This document shows, one piece after another, positions 17,906 through 27,242 of a stretch of 31,472 nt of DNA. Origin of the DNA: Tubiluchus corallicola (taxonomy: Eukaryota > Animalia > Priapulida); contig JAQGDQ010002448.1 in assembly GCA_030141605.1 (NCBI GenBank), forward strand, positions 1 to 31,472, written 5' to 3'. The translations under genes and the position numbers were made by a program. Below the pieces are notes generated by a model. It made no database searches. It was given only the letters and a program-made list of their open reading frames with translations, and was not told the DNA's origin. Position 1 is the stretch's first letter, and the number at the start of each line of letters is the position of its first letter.

Positions 17906-19319
17906 TATTTTTGGTTTAGGATATTATATTTTTACAACATTAACTGCTATTAGTATTTTATTATCAGACAAAAAATCTTCCTCAATTGTTGCATGGTTGC
18001 TAGTAATATATATTTTCCCATATTTTGGAGTTTTTTTATATTTGTTATTTGGAGTAGATTGGAGAAAAAGAAGGATTGTAAAAAGCAAAGAGTACGAGCT
18101 ATTTAAATCAAACATTAAAAAGATAAAAGATGTTTCTGTAACTTCTTTTGATGGCAAAGGAAAAATTAGCTCTGATATTTCCAAACTATCCAAACTTGTG
18201 TTTAATACTAAAAATTTTTCTATGACATCTAACAAAAATTATAAATTATACTTTTATGGAAAAGAAGCATTTCATGATTTGTTAGAAGATATGAAAAAAG
18301 CTGAGCATCATATACATATGGAGTTTTTTATTTGGAGAAATGATATCCTAGGAAAGAAAATTAAAGATATTTTAATTGAAAAAGCAAATGAAGGAGTAGA
18401 GGTAAGACTTATCTTTGATGGCTTAGGTTCTTTTAAATTAGGTAGAAAATACTTAAAAGATTTAGAAAAAACAAATGTTGAGTATAAAATATTTTTAAAA
18501 ATATTTCCTAGAATCTTTAAAATTAACTATAGGACACATAAAAAAATTGTTGTTATTGATGGAAAAGTGCTTCATACAGGAGGGATGAATGTTGGGCAAG
18601 AATACATAGATGGAGGAAATAAATTTGATATTTGGCGAGACACGAATATAAGAATTGAAGGAAATTTAGTAAGCTCTTATCAAGTAACATTTCTTAAAGA
18701 TTGGTACAATAGTGGTGGAAAAAAAATACTTGAAAAAAATTATTTTTACAAATATGATCTGCCACAAAACTCTTATCCTATGCAGCTAGTAGAAAGTGGA
18801 GCAGATAGCACTTGGCCTTCTATAAAAAAAGTATATATGGGAATGATTACTCAAGCTAAAACAAATATATATATCCAAAGCCCTTATTTAATATTAGATG
18901 ATACACTTATAGAAATTTTAGAAAATGCTGCCCTTAGTGGAATAGATGTTAAAATTATGATGACTGGAAACCCAGATAAAAAAATTCCATATTGGGTTGC
19001 TGAAACTCATTTTGAAAGGCTTTTAAAAACAGGAGTTAAGATCTATAGATATAAAAAAGGATTTTTACATAATAAAAATGTTACTGTAGACGGTGCTTTA
19101 TATTCATTAGGAACTTGTAATTTTGATTTAAGAAGCTTCGATTTAAATTATGAGGTCAACGTCTTAGGTAGTTCTGAAGAAATAGTTACTGAAATAGACA
19201 GGCAATTTGATATAGATCTTAAAGAATCAATAGAAGTGCTGCTAGATAAAGTCTCAAATAGAAGTTTTTTATTTAAATTAAGAGATTCTATATTTAAAAT
19301 ATTTTCACCAATACTTTAA
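17883..19319 (+). CDS. cls: Cardiolipin synthase
   Basis: N-terminal PLDc_N membrane segment (AWLLVIYIFPYFGVFLYLLFG) and two HKD motifs (HKKIVVID, HNKNVTVD). Confidence 0.93.
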   Translation: MTLEAMYNIFGLGYYIFTTLTAISILLSDKKSSSIVAWLLVIYIFPYFGVFLYLLFGVDWRKRRIVKSKEYELFKSNIKKIKDVSVTSFDGKGKISSDISKLSKLVFNTKNFSMTSNKNYKLYFYGKEAFHDLLEDMKKAEHHIHMEFFIWRNDILGKKIKDILIEKANEGVEVRLIFDGLGSFKLGRKYLKDLEKTNVEYKIFLKIFPRIFKINYRTHKKIVVIDGKVLHTGGMNVGQEYIDGGNKFDIWRDTNIRIEGNLVSSYQVTFLKDWYNSGGKKILEKNYFYKYDLPQNSYPMQLVESGADSTWPSIKKVYMGMITQAKTNIYIQSPYLILDDTLIEILENAALSGIDVKIMMTGNPDKKIPYWVAETHFERLLKTGVKIYRYKKGFLHNKNVTVDGALYSLGTCNFDLRSFDLNYEVNVLGSSEEIVTEIDRQFDIDLKESIEVLLDKVSNRSFLFKLRDSIFKIFSPIL

Positions 19320-19346
19320 ATTTATAGCAACAGGAAGGTATCAATC

Positions 19347-20384
19347 ATGAAAAGTCTTTCCCCTTTGTTAGATGACTATTTAAATAGGTATAACAAAAAC
19401 ATAAATCTTACAGATAAATATTTGTTTACTAACTTTAAAAAATATTATTATGAAGGTATAGAAAACCTTGATAATAATCAGAACTACATAATCAAAGGAG
19501 AAAACTTGTCTGTTTTAAAAGTATTAAAAAAAACATATTCTGAAAAAATAAAATGTATATATATAGACCCTCCATACAACACTGGAAATTATTCCTTTAA
19601 ATATAAAGATAACTTTTCTCATTTAGAATGGTTAAATTTTATGAGAGAAAGATTAGAAATTTCAAAAAACTTATTGAAAGAAGATGGAGTAATATTTGTT
19701 CATATAGATCAAAATGAATCTCATTATTGTAAAATATTATTAGATGAAATCTTTGGAAGAAAAAACTTTAGAAATGAAATTATTTGGGCATATAAATCAG
19801 GTGGAACCTCTAAAAGAAGTTTTTCTAGAAAGCATGATTCTATATTGTTTTACAGTAAAAGTGACAAATATTATTTTTCCCCACTTAAAGAAAAATCTTA
19901 TAATAGAAACTATAAACCATATAAATTTAAAGGAGTTAAAGAGTATTCAGATGAAAAAGGCTGGTATACTTTAGTTAATATGAAAGATGTTTGGCAGATT
20001 GATATGGTTGGAAGAACTTCTAAAGAAAGAGTTAGCTTTCGTACTCAAAAACCTGAGAAAATAATAAAAAGGATATTACTTGCTACAACACAGGAAGGTG
20101 ACATAGTTTTGGATTATTTTTTAGGTAGCGGTACAACTGCTGCTGCTGCGCATAAATTAAAAAGACAATATATTGGAATTGAAACAATGGACTATATTGG
20201 AGATATTACTATAAAAAGATTAGAAAAAATTGTAAATGGCAATGATAAATCTGGCATAACTGAAGAAGCTGGTTGGATTAAAGGGGGAAGTTTCTTTTAT
20301 TGTGAATTATCCAAGATAACTAAAAACAATAAAAATATAAACGAAACAGATATAGTAGCAAGCAAAGAGTTACTACAAATATAG
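19347..20384 (+). CDS. Site-specific amino-DNA methyltransferase (beta class, Type III Mod-like), no cognate endonuclease in window
   Basis: Motif IV DPPY precedes motif I DYFLGSGTT; TQKPE; C-terminal DKSGI...GW..GGSFFYCEL. Confidence 0.9.
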   Translation: MKSLSPLLDDYLNRYNKNINLTDKYLFTNFKKYYYEGIENLDNNQNYIIKGENLSVLKVLKKTYSEKIKCIYIDPPYNTGNYSFKYKDNFSHLEWLNFMRERLEISKNLLKEDGVIFVHIDQNESHYCKILLDEIFGRKNFRNEIIWAYKSGGTSKRSFSRKHDSILFYSKSDKYYFSPLKEKSYNRNYKPYKFKGVKEYSDEKGWYTLVNMKDVWQIDMVGRTSKERVSFRTQKPEKIIKRILLATTQEGDIVLDYFLGSGTTAAAAHKLKRQYIGIETMDYIGDITIKRLEKIVNGNDKSGITEEAGWIKGGSFFYCELSKITKNNKNINETDIVASKELLQI

Positions 20385-20679
20385 TTAAAGGAGATTTATC
20401 AAGACAAAGGCTATCGATCCTATGCAGTTGTGCAGACATCATATGATGAAAATAATAATTAAATAAGATCAGAAAAAACGAACCTTAAGGAACAAGAGAT
20501 AAGCTTTGCAGAAATAACCCTCTGGATGGAAAAATATCTATATATTTTGGAAGGTATGAAGTAATATGTAAAAACTTTATTACTAACTATTTTTTAGTTC
20601 TACTCAATATGTACTTTTTTATTAATTTAAACAATAATTTTTATTAGGTAGTTTTATAAATCAATTCCCTTAAATTAAA

Positions 20680-21660
20680 GCATTTGGCATTTATAGCATT
20701 GATTTTAACCTTAAACATTATGAAGATACGTTTGTAAATTTACTAAAAAGTGTAACAAAAGAAAGTTTTAATAAAAAAACACAAAAGAGGATATAAAAGC
20801 CATTTATAAAAATTTTGAGTTTCAAGGTTTCATATAAGTTATAATAAAAAATATCAATATACAATAGATATATTAAATAATTATACTAAATATTATATTA
20901 GGGTTTAGAAAAAAATATATTATTTAATTGTTGTATAGCTTGTTTTTCTGAAGAATGGGAAAACGATATAATGTGAAGCCTATTACACTTCTTCTCACAA
21001 GGAAGTATGTTTAATCTTTGAGTTAGAGTCTTCTCAAGAGAATGATACTTTTACTATTAATGTAACAGATAAGATACATGAAAAACTTAAAAACATTATT
21101 ACCGGTATTGATTTTCTTACAGAAGAAAAAACATGTGGAATAAATAATTTACTAACTAATTATTTAAGTTATCAATTTAAAGAAGAAAGAAAAATAAAGT
21201 TAGCAAAAAGATCTTTGCTATAATAATGGATAATCTTTCTTCTAATGTTTGTAGCACAGAAAAAGCATATTTTAAAAAATTAATTATAAGGAAAGTAAAT
21301 AAATTCAAGAAATAACTATAACTACTTTCATCTTTTAGGACATATACTTTTTAAATATATTTGTGAGTTTTGACTTACTCAATAAGGATCAATTAAGCAA
21401 TTTGAATGAAATTTTCAATAACATGGAAGATTTTAGATATAAATACTTGGAAAACCTCTGAGGAGAAAAAGCATTTAAAGTTAAAAAGTTGGAAGTATGA
21501 AAAGAAATATAGAGCATCAATAAATGAAGTGCTCTCCAAAAAAAATAAGCTTTATGCTATAATATTAATCATCTTTCTGGAATAATTTTTGGAATGAATA
21601 CAAAAAAGATCATAAGTTTAAAATAATAGATATATTGAGTAAAAAAATAAAATATCTTGA
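20680..21660 (+). pseudogene. Decayed DUF2971-like gene (multiple stops and frameshifts; boundaries approximate)
   Basis: Manual translation: IACFSEEWENDIM*-AYYTSSHKEVCLIF (20935-21016), KLKSWKYEKKYR (21478-21513), YNINHLSGIIFGMNT (~21558-21602), matching the CFS..MW.HY...H.G.CI.F / K..W.YE.E.R / IIFG pattern I recognise for this family. Confidence 0.65.
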
Positions 21661-21860
21661 AAAAAATCTATTTTATTAGGTTGAATAGAAAACAATATGT
21701 ATAAATATGTTTTATGTAATTTATATAACATAAATAATTAAATAGAAATTTTAATTAACTAAGATGTTTCTAATAAACAACATTCGATATTTACTCTTTT
21801 CTTACTTTATATAATTTTTAATATTCTTTGTACACTCCAAATTCTATAATCCAAAAAAGT

Positions 21861-21893
21861 AAAAAACTAGAAATTAATTTCTAGTTTTCTTTT
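21861..21893. terminator. Palindromic intrinsic terminator downstream of Spy-like gene
   Basis: AAAACTAGAAAT-TA-ATTTCTAGTTTT, with T-runs available on both strands. Confidence 0.7.
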
Positions 21894-21906
21894 AATTTAT
21901 AGCAAG

Positions 21907-22509
21907 TTATTTTTTTGCTCCTCTTCCTCTACTTTTACCTTTATGCTTATGTTCTTCAAATTTTTTATACTGGTCATCTGACAATACTTCTTTCATCTCT
22001 GCTTCTAAATTTTCTTTCAGAGCTTTTCTTTTAGTTTTTAGTTCTTCTAAACTCAAATTTTCTTCTTTTAGAGCTTCTTTAGCTACATGATGTTCTTCAA
22101 ATATTGTCGACACTTTTGTTTTTTGATCCTCTGTTAAATCAAGGTTATCTGCTATTTTTTCCAGTTTATTTGCTTTTTTCTCTTCTTTTAGTTTTTCTAT
22201 TTCTGTTTTTTGTTCTACTGTAAGTACACTATCCATTTCAGATTTTGCTTCTTTTTTTAATTTTTTCATTGCCTCAAAGTTTTCTTCTTTTGTTTTACCA
22301 TTATCTTTTAGTTCTTCAAATTTCACTTTATATTCTTTCTTTATAGATTCCATTTCAGATTTTTGATCATTTGACAAATTTATTTTCTCAAATATTTTTT
22401 CCCTCCCTCTGGCGCTACAATCTTCACCCATTTTTCTCCCATACATTGTTACACTTCCTAATAGTATCATTGCCCCTAATACAGTTCCTAATAATAGTTT
22501 TCTTTTCAC
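21907..22509 (-). CDS. Secreted Spy/CpxP-like (LTXXQ motif) helical protein
   Basis: Signal peptide; four LTxxQ-like motifs (LSNDQK, LTVEQK, LTEDQK, LSDDQY); K/E-rich; GTG start with GGAG RBS. Confidence 0.7.
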   Translation of the reverse strand: MKRKLLLGTVLGAMILLGSVTMYGRKMGEDCSARGREKIFEKINLSNDQKSEMESIKKEYKVKFEELKDNGKTKEENFEAMKKLKKEAKSEMDSVLTVEQKTEIEKLKEEKKANKLEKIADNLDLTEDQKTKVSTIFEEHHVAKEALKEENLSLEELKTKRKALKENLEAEMKEVLSDDQYKKFEEHKHKGKSRGRGAKK

Positions 22510-22738
22510 TTAAAATCACTCCTTTTATTTTTGTTTTTTTATTCATACAAACATAATACATGATCTATCTTTATTTTAACTTTTATTTTTCTTAGAGTTT
22601 CCTTTTAATAGTACATTTAAAAAAGTTAAGATCAAAACAAAAGGTGTGAGTTTTTAGTTTATATTTATAATAATGATTTTACTTTTTTTATAATTGATCT
22701 TCCATAGTTTATGTGTGTAGTTCATAGTTCAAATTTAT

Positions 22739-23743
22739 TTAACTATTAATGAATTTTTCAGCAAAATGACAAGCAACAAAATGATTTTCTTTTATTTCCT
22801 TCATTACAGTCTCTTTTTCTATGCATATCTCTTTTGAATACTTACATCTAGTATGAAATTTACACCCACTTGGTGGATTTAAAGGGCTTGGAACATCTCC
22901 TTCAAGTATTTCTCTTGTCGCTGTTTCATTCATCTTAGGATCTGGTATTGGTATTGCAGAAAGTAAAGCCTTAGTATAAGGATGCAAAGGCTCTCTATAG
23001 AGAGTATCACTACTTGCTATTTCCATCATATTTCCAAGATACATAACACCTATTCTATCAGATATATGCTTCACCATAGAAAGGTCATGAGCAATAAATA
23101 GATATGTTAGTCCAAATTCTTTTTGTAAATCTTCTAACATATTTACAACTTGAGCTTGTATAGAAACATCTAAAGCAGAAATAGGCTCATCGCATATGAT
23201 AAATTCAGGATTTACAGCAAGAGCTCTTGCTATACCTATACGCTGTCTTTGGCCTCCACTAAATTCATGTGGGTATCTACTTGCATGATCTTTACTTAAA
23301 CCAACTGTTTCAAGAAGTTCAAATATTCTTTCTTGTCTTTTTTTTCCACTTGCTAAATTGTGTATATCTAAAGCTTCCCCTATTATATCTGCAACTGTCA
23401 TTCTCGTATTAAGTGAAGCATAAGGGTCTTGAAAAATCATTTGTATCTTTTTTCTATAAGGCTTCATTTCTTTTTGAGATAACTTACCTATATCAACACC
23501 ATCGAAAAAAATCTCACCATCTGTAACATCATAAAGTCTTATTAAAGTACGCCCTGTTGTTGATTTACCACATCCTGATTCCCCTACTAATCCAAATGTT
23601 TCACCTTTTTTTATATAAAAACTAATATTATCTACAGCTTTTATATCTTGTATATTTTTTTTAAATACTCCAACATCTTTATGAAAGTATTTTTTTAGGT
23701 TTTTAACTTCTAAAAGTATATTTTTTTTATTGTTTTTCATCAC
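22739..23743 (-). CDS. oppF: Oligopeptide ABC transporter ATP-binding protein
   Basis: GESGCGKST, FSGGQRQR, DEPISALD, oligo_HPY C-terminus; start GTG 23743 or ATG 23740. Confidence 0.93.
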   Translation of the reverse strand: MMKNNKKNILLEVKNLKKYFHKDVGVFKKNIQDIKAVDNISFYIKKGETFGLVGESGCGKSTTGRTLIRLYDVTDGEIFFDGVDIGKLSQKEMKPYRKKIQMIFQDPYASLNTRMTVADIIGEALDIHNLASGKKRQERIFELLETVGLSKDHASRYPHEFSGGQRQRIGIARALAVNPEFIICDEPISALDVSIQAQVVNMLEDLQKEFGLTYLFIAHDLSMVKHISDRIGVMYLGNMMEIASSDTLYREPLHPYTKALLSAIPIPDPKMNETATREILEGDVPSPLNPPSGCKFHTRCKYSKEICIEKETVMKEIKENHFVACHFAEKFINS

Positions 23744-24767
23744 TTACACTAGCACCTCCTAAACCTAAATCTTTTGTTATATCAATGTTAGGAGCGTCTT
23801 CATCTAAAATCCAACACATAGATCTATGGTTTTCATTTATATTATAATAAGGTGGCTGCTTTTCTATGCATATAGTCATAGCATGATCACACCTTGCTGC
23901 AAAAGGACATCCTTTTGGAGGATGTAAAAGATCTGGTGGTGTTCCATCTATTGGAATTAACTTTGTTTTTTTATTTTTATCACTTAATTTTGGTATTGAT
24001 TTTAAAAGTCCAACTGTATATGGGTGTTTTGGGTTATAAAAAATATCATCTGAAGTTCCTTCTTCCATGATAAGTCCACCATACATAACTATTATCCTAG
24101 AACATACATCTGCAACTACACCTAAGTCATGTGTTATTAATATAATGGATGTATTTAATTTATTTTTAAGATCTTTCATTAAATCTAGAATTTGAGCTTG
24201 TATTGTTACATCTAGAGCTGTAGTTGGTTCATCTGCAATAAGTACTTCTGGTTCACAAGATAAAGCAATTGCAATCATTGCTCTTTGCCTCATTCCTCCA
24301 CTAAATTCATGAGGATAATTATCAACTCTTTTTTCTGGGGAAGGTATTCCAACCAACCTTAACATTTCTATAGTTTTTTGTCGAGCATCTTTTTTTCCTA
24401 TATTTTGATGAAGCATTATAGCTTCCATTATTTGGTCCCCAACTGTATAAACTGGGTTAAGAGATGTCATTGGGTCCTGAAATATCATTGCTATATCATT
24501 ACCTCTTAATGCTCTCATTTCATTTTTACTTTTATTTAAAAGATTTTCACCTTTAAAGAAGATTTCCCCTTCTTTAGTTGTCCCTGGATATTGTAAAAGA
24601 CCCATTATACTTAGTGAGGTAACACTTTTTCCACTTCCTGATTCTCCAACTATACCTAAGGCCTCACCTTTTTCTAAATCATAGCTTACTCCTCTTACAG
24701 CTTGTACCTCTCCCAAGTGTGTAAAGAAAGAGGTTTTTACATTTTTTAATTCTAAAATTTTATTCAT
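23727..24767 (-). CDS. oppD: Oligopeptide ABC transporter ATP-binding protein
   Basis: GESGSGKS, IFQDPMTSLNP, FSGGMRQR, DEPTTALD, HPYT...GCPFAARC. Confidence 0.93.
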   Translation of the reverse strand: MNKILELKNVKTSFFTHLGEVQAVRGVSYDLEKGEALGIVGESGSGKSVTSLSIMGLLQYPGTTKEGEIFFKGENLLNKSKNEMRALRGNDIAMIFQDPMTSLNPVYTVGDQIMEAIMLHQNIGKKDARQKTIEMLRLVGIPSPEKRVDNYPHEFSGGMRQRAMIAIALSCEPEVLIADEPTTALDVTIQAQILDLMKDLKNKLNTSIILITHDLGVVADVCSRIIVMYGGLIMEEGTSDDIFYNPKHPYTVGLLKSIPKLSDKNKKTKLIPIDGTPPDLLHPPKGCPFAARCDHAMTICIEKQPPYYNINENHRSMCWILDEDAPNIDITKDLGLGGASVSDEKQ

Positions 24768-24779
24768 TTCACATCCTCC

Positions 24780-25943
24780 TTATTTACGCAATCTTGGATC
24801 TAGAGCATTTCTAAGTCCATCACCTAAAAAGTTAAAAGCAAGCATCGTTATACAAATAAAAAACGCTGGAATAAATAACTGGTATGGGTAAGAAGCAAAT
24901 CCATTTAAACCTGCTTTAGCAATAGTCCCCCAAGAAGCCTGAGGAGCAGACACCCCTAGTCCTAAATAGCTTAGAAATGCTTCTGTAAAAATAGCACTTG
25001 GAATGGACATTGTTAAGGCAACTATTATTGGTCCCATGGCATTTGGAATAATATGCCTTCCTAGTATTCTTTTACTATCTGCTCCTAAAGTCTTTGCAGC
25101 CATAACATATTCTTGCTCTTTTATTGAAAGAGTTTGCCCTCTAACAAGTCTAGCCATACGCACCCAATAAGTCAGTCCTAAGGCTATAACTATAGTCTTT
25201 AAACCTGGCTCTAATATTACCATTAGCAAGATAACATAAAGTAATAATGGGATAGTACTTATTATATCAACTATTCTCATCATTATAGTGTCTACTTTTC
25301 CACCAATATATCCAGATATTCCTCCATAAATCACCCCTATAAAAAAATTTACAATTGTTGCTAATAGTGCAATTAGAAGAGATATTCTAGCTCCATAAAA
25401 AACTCTTACCATTAAATCTCTTCCTAGAGAGTCAGTTCCTAGTTTATACCTTTTATTTAATACACTTTTATATTCACTAACTTCTTTGCCATCAGCAAGA
25501 AGTCTATACTTTACTTTTGATGTTTTGTCTGATGCATTTGAGTAATCTAAAATTATTTTTTTTCCATCTAATTCATAAGTTTTCTTTTTATTTATCAAAT
25601 CATTTTTACCTTTTAATTCATCTATTACTATTCCATTTTTTTCTACTTGTATTATCCTATATTCTTTATGAACATGGACATAGTTCTTGTCATCAATTTT
25701 ATACAACTTTATAAATGGTGACAAATTTGATAATTTAAGATTTTGGTTAGAATAAGTATTTTCTGAAAAAAGACCTCCAAAAATAGCTAAAAACACCATG
25801 ACACACACAACTATTAGTCCAAAAATTGATAGTTTATTCTCCTTTAGCCTTCTCCAAGCATCTTGCCAATAAGTTACACTTGGTCTAGATATTTTTTCTT
25901 TTTCTTTAAATTCATTTCCTAGTTTTTCCCATTTATTACTCAA
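24780..25943 (-). CDS. oppC: Oligopeptide ABC transporter permease
   Basis: SVTYWQDAWRRL OppC N-terminus, LGTDSLGRD, EYVMAAKTLGA EAA loop, GDGLRNALDP; TTG start. Confidence 0.92.
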   Translation of the reverse strand: MSNKWEKLGNEFKEKEKISRPSVTYWQDAWRRLKENKLSIFGLIVVCVMVFLAIFGGLFSENTYSNQNLKLSNLSPFIKLYKIDDKNYVHVHKEYRIIQVEKNGIVIDELKGKNDLINKKKTYELDGKKIILDYSNASDKTSKVKYRLLADGKEVSEYKSVLNKRYKLGTDSLGRDLMVRVFYGARISLLIALLATIVNFFIGVIYGGISGYIGGKVDTIMMRIVDIISTIPLLLYVILLMVILEPGLKTIVIALGLTYWVRMARLVRGQTLSIKEQEYVMAAKTLGADSKRILGRHIIPNAMGPIIVALTMSIPSAIFTEAFLSYLGLGVSAPQASWGTIAKAGLNGFASYPYQLFIPAFFICITMLAFNFLGDGLRNALDPRLRK

Positions 25944-25956
25944 GACTATCCTCTCC

Positions 25957-26877
25957 TTAATTTTTTAATTTTATTCTAGGATCAATTATTCCATACAATA
26001 TATCTACAATTAAAATCATAAATATATAAATAGATGCATAAAATATTGTAGTTCCTAAAATGAGGGTATAATCTCTATTTCCAACTGATTCTACAAAATA
26101 CTTCCCAAGTCCTGGTATTGTAAATATTGATTCTATAACAAAAGATCCTATTAGTATAGACGCTATCATTGGACCTGCATAAGTTATAACAGGGATAAGA
26201 GCATTTTTAAAAGCATGTTTTATAACAACTTTAAACTCAGATACTCCTTTTGCCCTAGCAGTTCTTATGTAGTCCTGATTTAAAACATCTAACATACTTG
26301 ATCTAGTAAGTCTAGCAATAAAAGCAATTGAAAATCCTGAAATAGCTAAAACAGGCATAATGAAGTGTAAGGGTGTTTTTAATCCAATTGATGGTAGTAT
26401 TTTTAGCTGCAAGCTAAAAATATACATAAGCATACTTGCCATAACAAAGCTCGGTACTGCTACTCCTATAGTAGCCATTATACTCACTGCATAATCTTCC
26501 CATTTATTTTGTTTCAAAGCTGATATCATTCCTAAAGGTATCCCAATTAATAAAACAAAAGATGATGCAACTAATCCTAACTTTGCTGATACTGGGAAGT
26601 GACTTGCAATTATCCCATTAACTGTTTTCCCTTTTTCTTGAAAGGAAGGCCCCATGTCAAAAGTTATTACACCTTTTAAATAATCAAGATATTGAATAAA
26701 TAAAGGAGCATCTAGTTTATATTTCTTTTCAAGGGCTGCAACAATTTCTGGAGGTAAAGGTTTTTCTCTAGTAAAAGGCCCCCCAGGTATCATCCTCATT
26801 AAAAAGAAAGTTATAGTAATTATAAAAAATAGTGTAATAATCATTGCTACAAGTCTTCTTAATATAAATCTAAGCAC
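25957..26877 (-). CDS. oppB: Oligopeptide ABC transporter permease
   Basis: IPGGPF, DYIRTARAKG EAA loop, IESIFTIPGLG, NRDY, IIDPRI; GTG start with AGGAG RBS. Confidence 0.93.
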   Translation of the reverse strand: MLRFILRRLVAMIITLFFIITITFFLMRMIPGGPFTREKPLPPEIVAALEKKYKLDAPLFIQYLDYLKGVITFDMGPSFQEKGKTVNGIIASHFPVSAKLGLVASSFVLLIGIPLGMISALKQNKWEDYAVSIMATIGVAVPSFVMASMLMYIFSLQLKILPSIGLKTPLHFIMPVLAISGFSIAFIARLTRSSMLDVLNQDYIRTARAKGVSEFKVVIKHAFKNALIPVITYAGPMIASILIGSFVIESIFTIPGLGKYFVESVGNRDYTLILGTTIFYASIYIFMILIVDILYGIIDPRIKLKN

Positions 26878-26996
26878 TTTTTTCTCCTTTCTTAAAAATT
26901 AACTTTCACACATTATAAAATTCTATCTTAACTAAAGGTTTTTCAAAACTTTATTCATAAAATAAATACTTTTTAAAAAAATCATTTAATTTAAAT

Positions 26997-27025
26997 ATCA
27001 TACAATTTTTCTTTATAAAAATCAA
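26997..27025 (-). promoter_or_regulatory. Putative promoter of oppBCDF
   Basis: Minus strand TTGATT-17 nt-TATGAT. Confidence 0.5.
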
Positions 27026-27242
27026 GGTATTTATTCCTAAGCACGCTTTAGAATAACACTTTTTTCAATTTTATACTTATATTATTGTACTGCAATGCTA
27101 AATTAATGTAATTAAATGAAGTTTTAGAATAATAACTACACAGTATGCTCTTCATATAAAAACATACATTACATATTTAAACAATTAAACGCAAGGTATT
27201 GTTCATGTCTGTCTGTGAAATAAATATATTTCATTAAATTCA

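Noticed and set aside
20971-20976. TGA at a conserved Trp position as evidence for genetic code 4
   Set aside because: The same region has frameshifts and TAA stops, and intact genes have no in-frame TGA; simple decay explains it
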